DNA of 56,298 nucleotides from a virus (Duplodnaviria; Caudoviricetes): IMG/VR virus record IMGVR_UViG_3300045999_003132, positions 1 to 56,298 of that record; one strand, 5' to 3'. Shown piece by piece: positions 47,904 to 56,298 of this stretch (position 1 is its first letter; each line of letters starts with the position of its first letter). The notes under the pieces were generated by a model. It saw only the letters and a program-made list of their open reading frames with translations, ran no database searches and was not told where the DNA came from. The position numbers and the translations under genes were made by a program.

Positions 47904-48121
47904 CCGACCGAATAAACCGCGACCGTCTGGCATGGGCCGACTTCATCCGCGCGGTGGATGAGTTCAACAAACCGCGCACCCCCGTGGCCGAAATGACAAG
48001 GCGCGATTTCATGGATGAATTGGCTACTTTTGTAAAGCGCAAGAAACAAGCGGCTATAGATGGCAGACGAAATAGTAGCAGTATATCGGGCCGAGGTCGA
48101 GCAGTACAAAAAGGCCGTTGA
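47759..48121 (+). CDS. -1 frame extension of the module B chaperone
   Basis: The -1 frame is open from the T9 run to 48121 and overlaps the tape measure start. Confidence 0.5.
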   Translation, partial: LFFSASDVRHIADSASQFSRAVNQTLAGLSNGTKQPDEPPRPLSFREVADRINRDRLAWADFIRAVDEFNKPRTPVAEMTRRDFMDELATFVKRKKQAAIDGRRNSSSISGRGRAVQKGR

Positions 48122-50549
48122 TGAACTTGTTGGCAAGGTAGACAAACTTGACAAGGAGCAGCGAAAGGCAACTACTGGTGCCGCTCAAATGGGCATCCAA
48201 ATATCCAACGTAGGAAAACAGATTATTTCAGCGTTCGGCATAACAACTGGCATAGCTGGATTTGTTTCCATTCTACGGAATGCGATAAAAATATCGGCTG
48301 ACTTTGAGGCCCAGATGTCAAAGGTTCGGGCGGTTAGCGGTGCAACCAATAAGGAGATGGCCGAACTTGAAAAGACCGCCAAGCAATTAGGCGCGTCAAC
48401 CATGTTCACGGCCACACAGGTAGGTCAGCTTCAAGAGGAATACGCGAAGTTGGGTTTCACCACGGAACAGATACAACAAGCCACAGCCGCAACGCTTGAC
48501 CTCGCAGCCGCAACGGGTTCAAGCCTTGCACAAGCTGCGGAGGTTGCGGGTGCAACGGTTCAGGGGTTCGGATTGGACGCAGCGGAGACGGTACGTGTAA
48601 CGGACGTAATGGCTCAATCATTCAACAGGTCTGCACTTGATATTGAACGGTTCAAAGAGTCCATTAAACTTGTCGCGCCTATTGCACGGGCCGCGAACAT
48701 AGACCTTGAAACGACCACGGCACTACTTGGCGAACTTGCTAACGCTGGTCTAAGTGGGTCAATCGCGGGTACGGCATTGAAGAACCTACTTAGTAAGCTG
48801 TCAGATGAGAACAGCGACCTTAGTAGACAGTTAGGCTTTGCGGTTAAAAACAGCGATGACCTATTCTTAGCCTTTGAGAAGTTGGCGAAGATGAACATTG
48901 ACCTTACGGCGGCAACGGAACTCACAGACGAAAGGAGCAAGGCGGCATTCATTACGTTGTTCAATGGTATCGACACGGTAAAGGAATTGGACGTGGCGTT
49001 GAGGGACGCAGCAGGTTCTACTAAGGAAATGGCCCGTATAATGCAGGACAATCTGCAAGGGTCGTTGACCATCCTTTCGTCAGCATACGAGGGCTTTATC
49101 CTTAAAGTGATGGAGGGCAACGGGCTACTGAAAGACTCCGTTGACGCTATTGCCACGGGTCTATCAAAGTACACGGAGGCGTTATCCATTACAGAACAGA
49201 CGGGGTTCAAAGCGTTGGACGTGGCGTTGCTATTGATAACGGCTAACGGCAAACTAAAAGAGGCACAGGAGGCGGCTACTATTGCAAGCGCGGAGAATGC
49301 CAAGCAATTAGCATTGGATAACGCGGAGATTCTTAAGGCGTTGGGCAGTCAGGCCGATGCGATTCGGGAGGTGGTCAGGCAAGCGAACACGTTAGCCACG
49401 TTGAACGAGGAACTAAAGCTGTTAAAGGAGAACTTGGAAAACACAGAGATAGGTTCTAAGGCGTTCTTTGAGGCGGGTGTTCAGATTGAGAAAAAGGCCA
49501 AAGAGATTGAGGCGGCTATCCGTTCACTTAGGCTTGCAGGAATTGAACCCGCGGGGCTTACATTGCTCAACCCGAAGGCCATAAAAGAGGTCACGGACGT
49601 ATCGTTGAAGTCGTTGAATGACGCACTGGCAAAGGCGAAGAAGAACAAAGATGAAGCCTTTGAGTTTGGGGGTAATTTGAAAAAGGCCGAGGCCGATATA
49701 TTGGCATTGGAGAAGCGCATAAAGTCTTTCAATGATGAAATAATTGAGGGTGGATATAACGTAAGAACCAACGTACTTGAAAATGTACAGGAGCAGGCAC
49801 AGGCCGACATAGACGCAAGGGATGAGAACCTTACAAACGCGCAAATGTTCTTTCAATCCATTCAGGACATTAACAACGCCATCACGTCCGCAATCATGGC
49901 GGGGCATGAGCAGGAACAGATAAGCCTCGACAATCAATTGGAGGCGGGTCAGATAAGCCGCGAACAATATGACCAACGTAGACGGCAACTTGAAAGGGAA
50001 AAGGCGCAAGACGCTAAAACGGCTGCAATATTTAATGCGGTAATTGGAACGGCCCTTGCCGTGGTTAACGCCCTTGCAGTAGGGCCGCCACAGGGCTACA
50101 TCTTGGCCGCGATTTCGGCCGCGTTGGGTGCGGTTGAGATAGGCGTTATTTCCGCTCAACCGTTACCACAATTCGCCACGGGTGTAATCGGGCTGCAAGG
50201 CGCGGGAACGGAGACAAGCGACAGCATACACGCTCGTCTGTCAAAAGGGGAGAGCGTAATGACAGCAGCCGAAACGCGAAAGTATCGCCCAATTTTGGAG
50301 GGCATAAGGCGCGGCACGTTGGATGAGATTATACGGGAGAACTACGTGCGCCCTGCGATAGACACGGCCCTATTAAACGGGTTCGCTGACATGGGCCAAA
50401 GTGCAGACCTAAACGGGATAACGGCCAAGCTGTCCGACCACAACATAATCGCGGCAATGGATCGCAACAGGTCGGCCACGGTGTACGGGTTGAAGATGTT
50501 GGCAGACAAGTTGGACAAACGGACACCGAAACGCGGAGGATATGCTTAG
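48060..50549 (+). CDS. Tape measure protein, TP901 family (module B, 829 aa)
   Basis: FEAQMSKVRAVSGAT, LGASTMFTA.Q, LANAGLSGSIAGTALK, MQDNLQG, PQFATG..SDSIHARLSKGESV. Confidence 0.93.
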   Translation: MADEIVAVYRAEVEQYKKAVDELVGKVDKLDKEQRKATTGAAQMGIQISNVGKQIISAFGITTGIAGFVSILRNAIKISADFEAQMSKVRAVSGATNKEMAELEKTAKQLGASTMFTATQVGQLQEEYAKLGFTTEQIQQATAATLDLAAATGSSLAQAAEVAGATVQGFGLDAAETVRVTDVMAQSFNRSALDIERFKESIKLVAPIARAANIDLETTTALLGELANAGLSGSIAGTALKNLLSKLSDENSDLSRQLGFAVKNSDDLFLAFEKLAKMNIDLTAATELTDERSKAAFITLFNGIDTVKELDVALRDAAGSTKEMARIMQDNLQGSLTILSSAYEGFILKVMEGNGLLKDSVDAIATGLSKYTEALSITEQTGFKALDVALLLITANGKLKEAQEAATIASAENAKQLALDNAEILKALGSQADAIREVVRQANTLATLNEELKLLKENLENTEIGSKAFFEAGVQIEKKAKEIEAAIRSLRLAGIEPAGLTLLNPKAIKEVTDVSLKSLNDALAKAKKNKDEAFEFGGNLKKAEADILALEKRIKSFNDEIIEGGYNVRTNVLENVQEQAQADIDARDENLTNAQMFFQSIQDINNAITSAIMAGHEQEQISLDNQLEAGQISREQYDQRRRQLEREKAQDAKTAAIFNAVIGTALAVVNALAVGPPQGYILAAISAALGAVEIGVISAQPLPQFATGVIGLQGAGTETSDSIHARLSKGESVMTAAETRKYRPILEGIRRGTLDEIIRENYVRPAIDTALLNGFADMGQSADLNGITAKLSDHNIIAAMDRNRSATVYGLKMLADKLDKRTPKRGGYA

Positions 50550-52503
50550 TATCTCATCGCCTGAGTTCTCCATACAACAGGAGCCTAACGGACTTCGGGA
50601 GATGTCGCATCGCGTGTATTTCTCGGATGACTTGGGCGGGTATCTCGAAGAGTTCAGCGGTGACCTGATATTCTACGGGGCAGACTACACTTATCTACGG
50701 AGGCGGTTCTTTACGGACGGTTGTGCGGTCGTACCTGTTGTGATTGAGGATGGTTGCGGGTTGCGTCTTACTGGTAATCTGTTTCTTAATGATGCTGAGT
50801 GGAGGCCCGATAAATGCGAAGTCACATTGCAGGTAGTTGATTCGGGCTTTCTTTCATTGATTGACCAGAACAAGGAAATCAAAGCATTTGTGAACGTGCC
50901 AAGGTCAAAGAATGACATTGACATTTCAGCATACACGGTAACGCAAAACAACCTGACATTCTCACTGCACGACACCAACGCAACACCCGCGCAAACTGAC
51001 GCAACAGGGCGGCAAGGGGTGCGGCTATACGATGCGTTACGGATGCTTATAGCGTTCATGTCGGACGGTATCATAACGATGGTAAGCGATTACCTGAACC
51101 CCGCATTTGCGGACGGTGACGGTATCCCTACGTTGGTTGTGGGCAGCGAGATAAGGACGGGCGCAAACGATGAGTGGCCGCGCATAAACTTTCAGGACTT
51201 GTTCGGTGATGCCCGTAGCCTTTACAACCTTGCCTTTGCGCCTGAGATTGTGAACGGCCAACCCGCTCTAAGGATTGAACCCGTTGCCTATTTCCGTCAG
51301 CAGCTTGGGTCAACGGTATTCTCGGACGTTAGCGAACTTAGCCAAAAGGCGGTGCTGAGTCAGTACTACGCGATTATGAAATTCGGGAGTAAGCGAACCG
51401 ATCCGCTGGAATATAACAACCAATACTTTCCACCTGCTACATTCTACGCATGGCAGGAGGAGGAGTTCCACCTTTTAGGTCAGTGCAACACTAAGGCTAA
51501 CTTAGACCTGACCATGAGCGAATTGGTCACGGACACGAACCGCATTCAGATAGCACTCCCGACAACAGCGGGAGGGCAGGATGATGACGGCATAGACAAG
51601 GACATTGCCTTAGTTACGTTCGACAGCAACAACGTGACGGTTATCTACACGAACCCGACCGATGTAACGCAAAGGTTCTACAATAACAGCCTTACCAACT
51701 TTGAGGTCGCTAACAGGTGGGGTAATGGAGTACCGTTCCCGATTGTGCAGTTCCTTGGAGTGGGCAGCAATCAGGCGGAGGCTGTTGCGATAACGGTTCA
51801 GAATCCGACATGGGTTCCCGTAACTGGATTGTTCGGGGCACGGGCGGCATTCCTAAAGTTCCCTTTGAGCGCATTCCCTAACGGATTTGATCCTGGGGCA
51901 AACCTTACGCAAGGGGTGGAAACATTGCAAACATTGGATGCACCACTATTCACGTTCAACGGTGACGTTACGGGATACACGGCCCCCGTGTCTGCCATCT
52001 TCACCGTTCAGGCCGACATAACCTTTGCGGATAACGTTAGCGCGTTTCTACTTGTTGGCAGATTTGACAGCCTCGGAAACTACATCGAACGAACAATAAT
52101 GCAGACCGTTTCGGAGGACGTGAACATTACCCCACAGACGGGAACAAGAACATACGGGCAAGCGTTGGTCTATGCAAACGCAACGGATAGGTTATTCATT
52201 GCAGCGGTGACTGACGCGAACACCGAGATAAACATTGAGACGTTCACGGAATCATCGTTTAACGTCCTCGACCCGTTCACGTTTGAGCAGACGTACAACC
52301 CGAACGATAACCTTCTAATTGAAACGTCCTATGAGTACCCCATGACATCGGTGGAATGGATGAATTTTCTAAGCGAGCAGTTCAAATCAATGACCGTAAC
52401 GTATAACGGTGGCATGGTGCAGGGATACATTAAAGACGTGACGCGGCAACTTGAAAACGGCAATACCGATTGGCTTATTCGTTCTAACTTTGGCAACAGC
52501 TAA
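50542..52503 (+). CDS. Putative tail/baseplate structural protein
   Basis: 653 aa, acidic and beta-rich, directly after the tape measure; EPNG, LRIEP.AYF. Confidence 0.6.
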   Translation: MLSISSPEFSIQQEPNGLREMSHRVYFSDDLGGYLEEFSGDLIFYGADYTYLRRRFFTDGCAVVPVVIEDGCGLRLTGNLFLNDAEWRPDKCEVTLQVVDSGFLSLIDQNKEIKAFVNVPRSKNDIDISAYTVTQNNLTFSLHDTNATPAQTDATGRQGVRLYDALRMLIAFMSDGIITMVSDYLNPAFADGDGIPTLVVGSEIRTGANDEWPRINFQDLFGDARSLYNLAFAPEIVNGQPALRIEPVAYFRQQLGSTVFSDVSELSQKAVLSQYYAIMKFGSKRTDPLEYNNQYFPPATFYAWQEEEFHLLGQCNTKANLDLTMSELVTDTNRIQIALPTTAGGQDDDGIDKDIALVTFDSNNVTVIYTNPTDVTQRFYNNSLTNFEVANRWGNGVPFPIVQFLGVGSNQAEAVAITVQNPTWVPVTGLFGARAAFLKFPLSAFPNGFDPGANLTQGVETLQTLDAPLFTFNGDVTGYTAPVSAIFTVQADITFADNVSAFLLVGRFDSLGNYIERTIMQTVSEDVNITPQTGTRTYGQALVYANATDRLFIAAVTDANTEINIETFTESSFNVLDPFTFEQTYNPNDNLLIETSYEYPMTSVEWMNFLSEQFKSMTVTYNGGMVQGYIKDVTRQLENGNTDWLIRSNFGNS

Positions 52504-54137
52504 TGAGCCTCGGACTTATCCCATACCAACCCCTGCCTTTCGGATTAGAGGACAACTGTACCCTACCCTGCGGCTCTTGGATTCAGAAGATAGCCCCTAC
52601 TGATAGCACCTCATTCCAATTCACTTACGGGGCTTGCGGGAACACTAACAACGTACTGACCAACGGAGACTTCACTTCTGGCGGTACGGGGTGGACGGTG
52701 ACAGGCGCATGGATTTACTTATTTGGGTGGGCGCGTTCACCTTTGGGCGGTGGCGGCAACATTCAACAGGCGATAGCTTTGACGGGGTTTGTGGAGTTGA
52801 CGTTCGGATTGGATGTTAACGTGGGTTCAATGGTGCTAAGTTCAAACCTTGGCATAATTTATTTCTACACGTTCGGAGGGCAGAAGTCCGTTGTGTTTGA
52901 TGCCACGGGAATGACTAACATCAACTTCTTCTTCGGGTCTGCTGGAGGCGGTGCGTTGCAGAATGTGATAGTCCGTCCCATCAGTTCAGACGTTCGCACT
53001 TCGATAATCGCAGCCGATGGCACGGCTTTCCCTGTTGGTTCTTCCATTACAGAAACGATAACGGACGGGTTCATTACGATGGCAGTGGATTGGGCCGCGC
53101 TAATAACGGCGGGGACTACATACGGCTGCTATTCCTTTGCCGTTTATGACCCATGCCAATGTTCGCAGTTCGGATTCATCGGGGACGACTTTGACACGCC
53201 TAATCAGTTTGATGTAACCGTTGGAGGGTCAAACAATGCGGACGTTAGCGGTGGCGATATGACCGTGACCAATAGCGGGGTGAGTGCGGTGACGGTTGTT
53301 CGGAGAAATGTTCTTTGCGTTGGGGTGGCCTATGAAGTCACCTACACGCTTACGAACATGGCAGCGGGTGACACGTTCCGCCTTGCATCGGGTACGGCTA
53401 ACGGGGTACTGAGGAACGCGGACGGAATATATACCGAAACGATAACGGTCACGGCTACGAATGATTTGCCGCAAGACCTGCGCTTTGTGTTCGGGTTCGT
53501 GGGCGGTCTGCACGCAGTGACGCTCAACGGTTTCAGCATTGAGGCGGTTGAGCCAATCATTACATATCAGTCCGTACAGTTCCAATTGACGGACACGGTT
53601 AGCTGCAACAACTGCACTGTGTTGGTGGAGGCTTGTGGTAATGGCAATCAACTGAATTTCGGTTTTGACGGGTCAGGGTTCAAACCTTCAATCCGTATAG
53701 AGGGTACTTTGCGTGGGACGGGGTATCCGTCAACCCGTACGCAATACGAGTTCGCAACGGGTAAGCGCGTAGTCCCTTACGCACGGTTGCGCAAGGCGAG
53801 GTCTTTTCTTTTCGGTGCTCCTGAGTATGTGCATGACTTCATGCAGACGCTTATAGCATTGGATAACGTGTATATTAACGGGCGGCTCAGTTACTGCGAG
53901 GATGATGAGTACCCGACCCCATCTTTAGAAGCTGACGTGGACTTTGGTACGGTGACTATGACATTCAGTGATAAGACGGAACTGACCGAGAAACGACCAT
54001 GCGCGGTAACGGCTGACATCGGGTGCAGCGGGGCTTACTCCGTGGCATTCAGCGGCACGGGTGGCCTGTCATGGGGTGGCGGGGTGAGCAACAAAACAGA
54101 AGCGATAAACGGACTAATACTTACTTACAATGGCTAA
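52503..54137 (+). CDS. Putative tail protein with carbohydrate-binding-like inserts
   Basis: LTNGDFTSGGTGW CBM-like start; beta-rich. Confidence 0.55.
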   Translation: MSLGLIPYQPLPFGLEDNCTLPCGSWIQKIAPTDSTSFQFTYGACGNTNNVLTNGDFTSGGTGWTVTGAWIYLFGWARSPLGGGGNIQQAIALTGFVELTFGLDVNVGSMVLSSNLGIIYFYTFGGQKSVVFDATGMTNINFFFGSAGGGALQNVIVRPISSDVRTSIIAADGTAFPVGSSITETITDGFITMAVDWAALITAGTTYGCYSFAVYDPCQCSQFGFIGDDFDTPNQFDVTVGGSNNADVSGGDMTVTNSGVSAVTVVRRNVLCVGVAYEVTYTLTNMAAGDTFRLASGTANGVLRNADGIYTETITVTATNDLPQDLRFVFGFVGGLHAVTLNGFSIEAVEPIITYQSVQFQLTDTVSCNNCTVLVEACGNGNQLNFGFDGSGFKPSIRIEGTLRGTGYPSTRTQYEFATGKRVVPYARLRKARSFLFGAPEYVHDFMQTLIALDNVYINGRLSYCEDDEYPTPSLEADVDFGTVTMTFSDKTELTEKRPCAVTADIGCSGAYSVAFSGTGGLSWGGGVSNKTEAINGLILTYNG

Positions 54138-54738
54138 TTCAATCAACGTCACAGACCTTACTCCTATCGTTGCGGGTGCAATCACAACAGGTCAACAAGT
54201 GACCATTTACGACCAATCAGGCAACGCAGGACGGGCAGCGATTGAGGACGTTGTGGCGGCTGGTGCTGCTAATCCGTTGTTGCTATTGGACACTACACCC
54301 GTGGCAACTACTGCGGTAGTTACGGAGGAGACCCTGTTCAGCCAGAACGTGGGAGGACGATGGGAAATCGGAGAGATGCGCAGGATAGTTGTTGGCTTTA
54401 CCACAGCCGCCAACAACCATATAAAGACCATGCGGGTGAAAATCGGGGCGGTGGAGGTTTACAATTCAGCTACCGCAGCCCCAACCGATACGACCCCGAA
54501 CGATGCGCGGGTGGTGGTGGACTTCCTTTGTACCCGTCTGACCACTACCACCATGTACGTGATAGGTGCGGCAACAATAAGCGATTCGGGCAACTGGATT
54601 TCAGCGGCAACGGGAGAGATTACGGGGCTACCTGCAACCGTTGGCCTAACGATAGCGGTGACAGGTCAGAACGGAACGGCCAGCGCGGGTGATATTCAAT
54701 TCGAAAGCATGAGCGTTATCAAAGTCGGAAACGTTTGA
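54130..54738 (+). CDS. Putative virion fibre/structural protein
   Basis: Thr/Ala/Val-rich; coupled within the structural operon. Confidence 0.5.
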   Translation: MANSINVTDLTPIVAGAITTGQQVTIYDQSGNAGRAAIEDVVAAGAANPLLLLDTTPVATTAVVTEETLFSQNVGGRWEIGEMRRIVVGFTTAANNHIKTMRVKIGAVEVYNSATAAPTDTTPNDARVVVDFLCTRLTTTTMYVIGAATISDSGNWISAATGEITGLPATVGLTIAVTGQNGTASAGDIQFESMSVIKVGNV

Positions 54739-55640
54739 GCCTCCAATCCGCGATAAAAGCCAAAGTAGACGCGCTGCAACAAGTCCCGAACGCATGGGCG
54801 AACGGTGTGATGAGGTTGCAGCCGTCACTTTTGGCGCGGTTGCAAAGGCTAACGGGACAGCTTACAACGGATTCGGACGGCAACCTTTTACTTGACGTTG
54901 CCAACCTTGCGCGGGTCGATGAGATAATCACGGAACTTGCCCGATTCCTTACGCGGTCGGAATACTCCGAGATGGTCACAGGCTTAGCGGAAGAGTTCGC
55001 ATTGCAACAAGGCCGAACCATTGCCTACTTTGAGGCGGCAACGGGTGCAGTACCATCCGTGTCAACGTTCGCATCAACACGATACGCACAGGCAAGCGCA
55101 GCCGCAATAAGGAACATAGCCGCGAATGTCCCCGACCAGTTCCTAATGACACCGATTCGAAACGCGCTACTTGAAGGGATAAGCACGGGCAGCGGTTACA
55201 CGTCCCTATTGGAGAACCTGCAAAGCATTATGATAGGCACGGACACTACGGAGGGCAACCTACTCCGCTACTCCAGACAAATAGTTTCCGACAGCTTGGC
55301 CGTGACAGACAGGGAGTTCACCAACATTGTGGCAAATGATTTGGAGCTTGATTGGTACTTATACGCGGGTGGCGAGATAGACACGACCCGCTGTTTCTGC
55401 GATGCGAGGAACGGTCTGTACTGGCACAGGGAGGAGGTCAAAGCGTGGGGCCGTGGTGAACAGCTTGGCGCGTGTGCAACGGGTAGCGGATGGGCGGGAA
55501 TGTTCAAAGGAACTAACGAAAGCACTATATTTGTCTATTGCGGGGGTTACAACTGCCAACATTCACTACTGCCCGTCTCGGAGTTCATCGTACCTGCTGC
55601 GGATATGGAACGGGCCAAGTCAAAGGGATACGTGAAATAG
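54735..55640 (+). CDS. Minor head / head morphogenesis protein (MuF-like)
   Basis: Helical N-terminal half; YAGG..TTRCFC, GGYNCQH.L.PV. Confidence 0.7.
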   Translation: MSLQSAIKAKVDALQQVPNAWANGVMRLQPSLLARLQRLTGQLTTDSDGNLLLDVANLARVDEIITELARFLTRSEYSEMVTGLAEEFALQQGRTIAYFEAATGAVPSVSTFASTRYAQASAAAIRNIAANVPDQFLMTPIRNALLEGISTGSGYTSLLENLQSIMIGTDTTEGNLLRYSRQIVSDSLAVTDREFTNIVANDLELDWYLYAGGEIDTTRCFCDARNGLYWHREEVKAWGRGEQLGACATGSGWAGMFKGTNESTIFVYCGGYNCQHSLLPVSEFIVPAADMERAKSKGYVK

Positions 55641-55674
55641 TTGTACGTTTACGGCCTAATTAATCCCGAACGGA

Positions 55675-55836
55675 TTGAAACCATTAAAACGATTAGCCGC
55701 TATTCCCGTTTACATCATTGCGTTGTGCATTTCAACGCCTATCTGTTTGATAAGGTACTTGGCCTTTGGGATTGATGACTCAAACGAGTTCATGGATAGG
55801 TTCATGTATCGCGCTTTGAACAATCTGATTGACTGA
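55675..55836 (+). CDS. Small membrane protein (53 aa)
   Basis: TTG start and a hydrophobic helix; not in the ORF track. Confidence 0.4.
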   Translation: MKPLKRLAAIPVYIIALCISTPICLIRYLAFGIDDSNEFMDRFMYRALNNLID

Positions 55837-55837
55837 A

Positions 55838-55993
55838 ATGACATACCTACTAATCCTTGCCGTTATCTATTTCATCCCTACAATGGTAGGGTGGAATCAC
55901 AGGAACGTTACCGCTATCATTCTGCTCAACATCTTTCTTGGATGGACGTTCATCGGTTGGGTGGTGGCGTTGGTATGGGCGGCAACTAAATAA
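55838..55993 (+). CDS. imm: Superinfection immunity protein (T4 Imm-like)
   Basis: YFIPT..NVTAIILLNIFLGWTFIGWVVALVWA, translated by hand. Confidence 0.85.
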   Translation: MTYLLILAVIYFIPTMVGWNHRNVTAIILLNIFLGWTFIGWVVALVWAATK

Positions 55994-55998
55994 AACAC

Positions 55999-56298
55999 AT
56001 GCAAGATAAAGCCGTAACCGTGGTCTGCACATCGTTTAACAGACCCGACCTACTTGCCGCAACCCTTCGCAGCTTTCACAGGTTCAACACGTACCCTATT
56101 GCCGCTTTCATCGTGCAAGAGGACGGCGGGGTTATCGGGTGCAATGACCATTTGCGCGATGAGTTCCCGTCCGTGCAGTTCCGTTACAACCCGAAGCGGT
56201 TAGGGCAGATCAAATCAATAGACGCGGCCTATGCGACCGTGACCACGCCCTACATTTTTCACATGGAGGAGGATTGGGAGTTCTACCGTGGCTCCTTC
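55999..56298 (+). CDS. GT-A/GT2-like glycosyltransferase, cut by the window edge; paralog of 12878-13537
   Basis: VCTSFNRPDLL..IGCNDHL..VTTPYIFHMEEDWEFYRG; 75/95 residues identical by manual alignment. Confidence 0.85.
   Translation, partial: MQDKAVTVVCTSFNRPDLLAATLRSFHRFNTYPIAAFIVQEDGGVIGCNDHLRDEFPSVQFRYNPKRLGQIKSIDAAYATVTTPYIFHMEEDWEFYRGSF

Noticed and set aside
55999-56298. Terminal redundancy or circular overlap with 12878
   Set aside because: The copies differ at about 20% of residues and at many synonymous sites, so they are paralogs, not an assembly overlap
1-56298. CRISPR array, diversity-generating retroelement, integrase or IS element
   Set aside because: No spaced direct repeats, reverse transcriptase, adenine-specific repeat pair, recombinase or transposase was recognised by eye

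Overview
The window is tailed-phage (Caudoviricetes) DNA from end to end. The host is very probably a Bacteroidota species, judged from recurrent TAnnTTTG promoter elements, DUF3127 and a BT4734/VirE-type primase-helicase. 120-24158 holds a complete myovirus morphogenesis module: lambda-like TerS/TerL, portal, a protease-capsid fusion and a P2-like contractile tail and baseplate, with a five-gene glycosyltransferase/methyltransferase block embedded. 24161-28439 is a lysis region (holin, M15 endolysin, spanin-like genes) that carries small-RNA-like units and an attC-flanked cassette. 28623-43593 holds early, recombination and replication genes and two DNA methyltransferases. From 43643 to the window end a second, unrelated morphogenesis module begins: TerS and a PBSX-type TerL, a frameshifted tail chaperone, a TP901-type tape measure, tail proteins, a minor head protein and its own glycosyltransferases. 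The main oddities are two virion modules around one replication/lysis module, glycosyltransferases tied to both modules, and a signal-peptide protein in the baseplate operon that is dense in Bacteroidota O-glycosylation sequons. All calls come from reading motifs by eye; no database searches were run.
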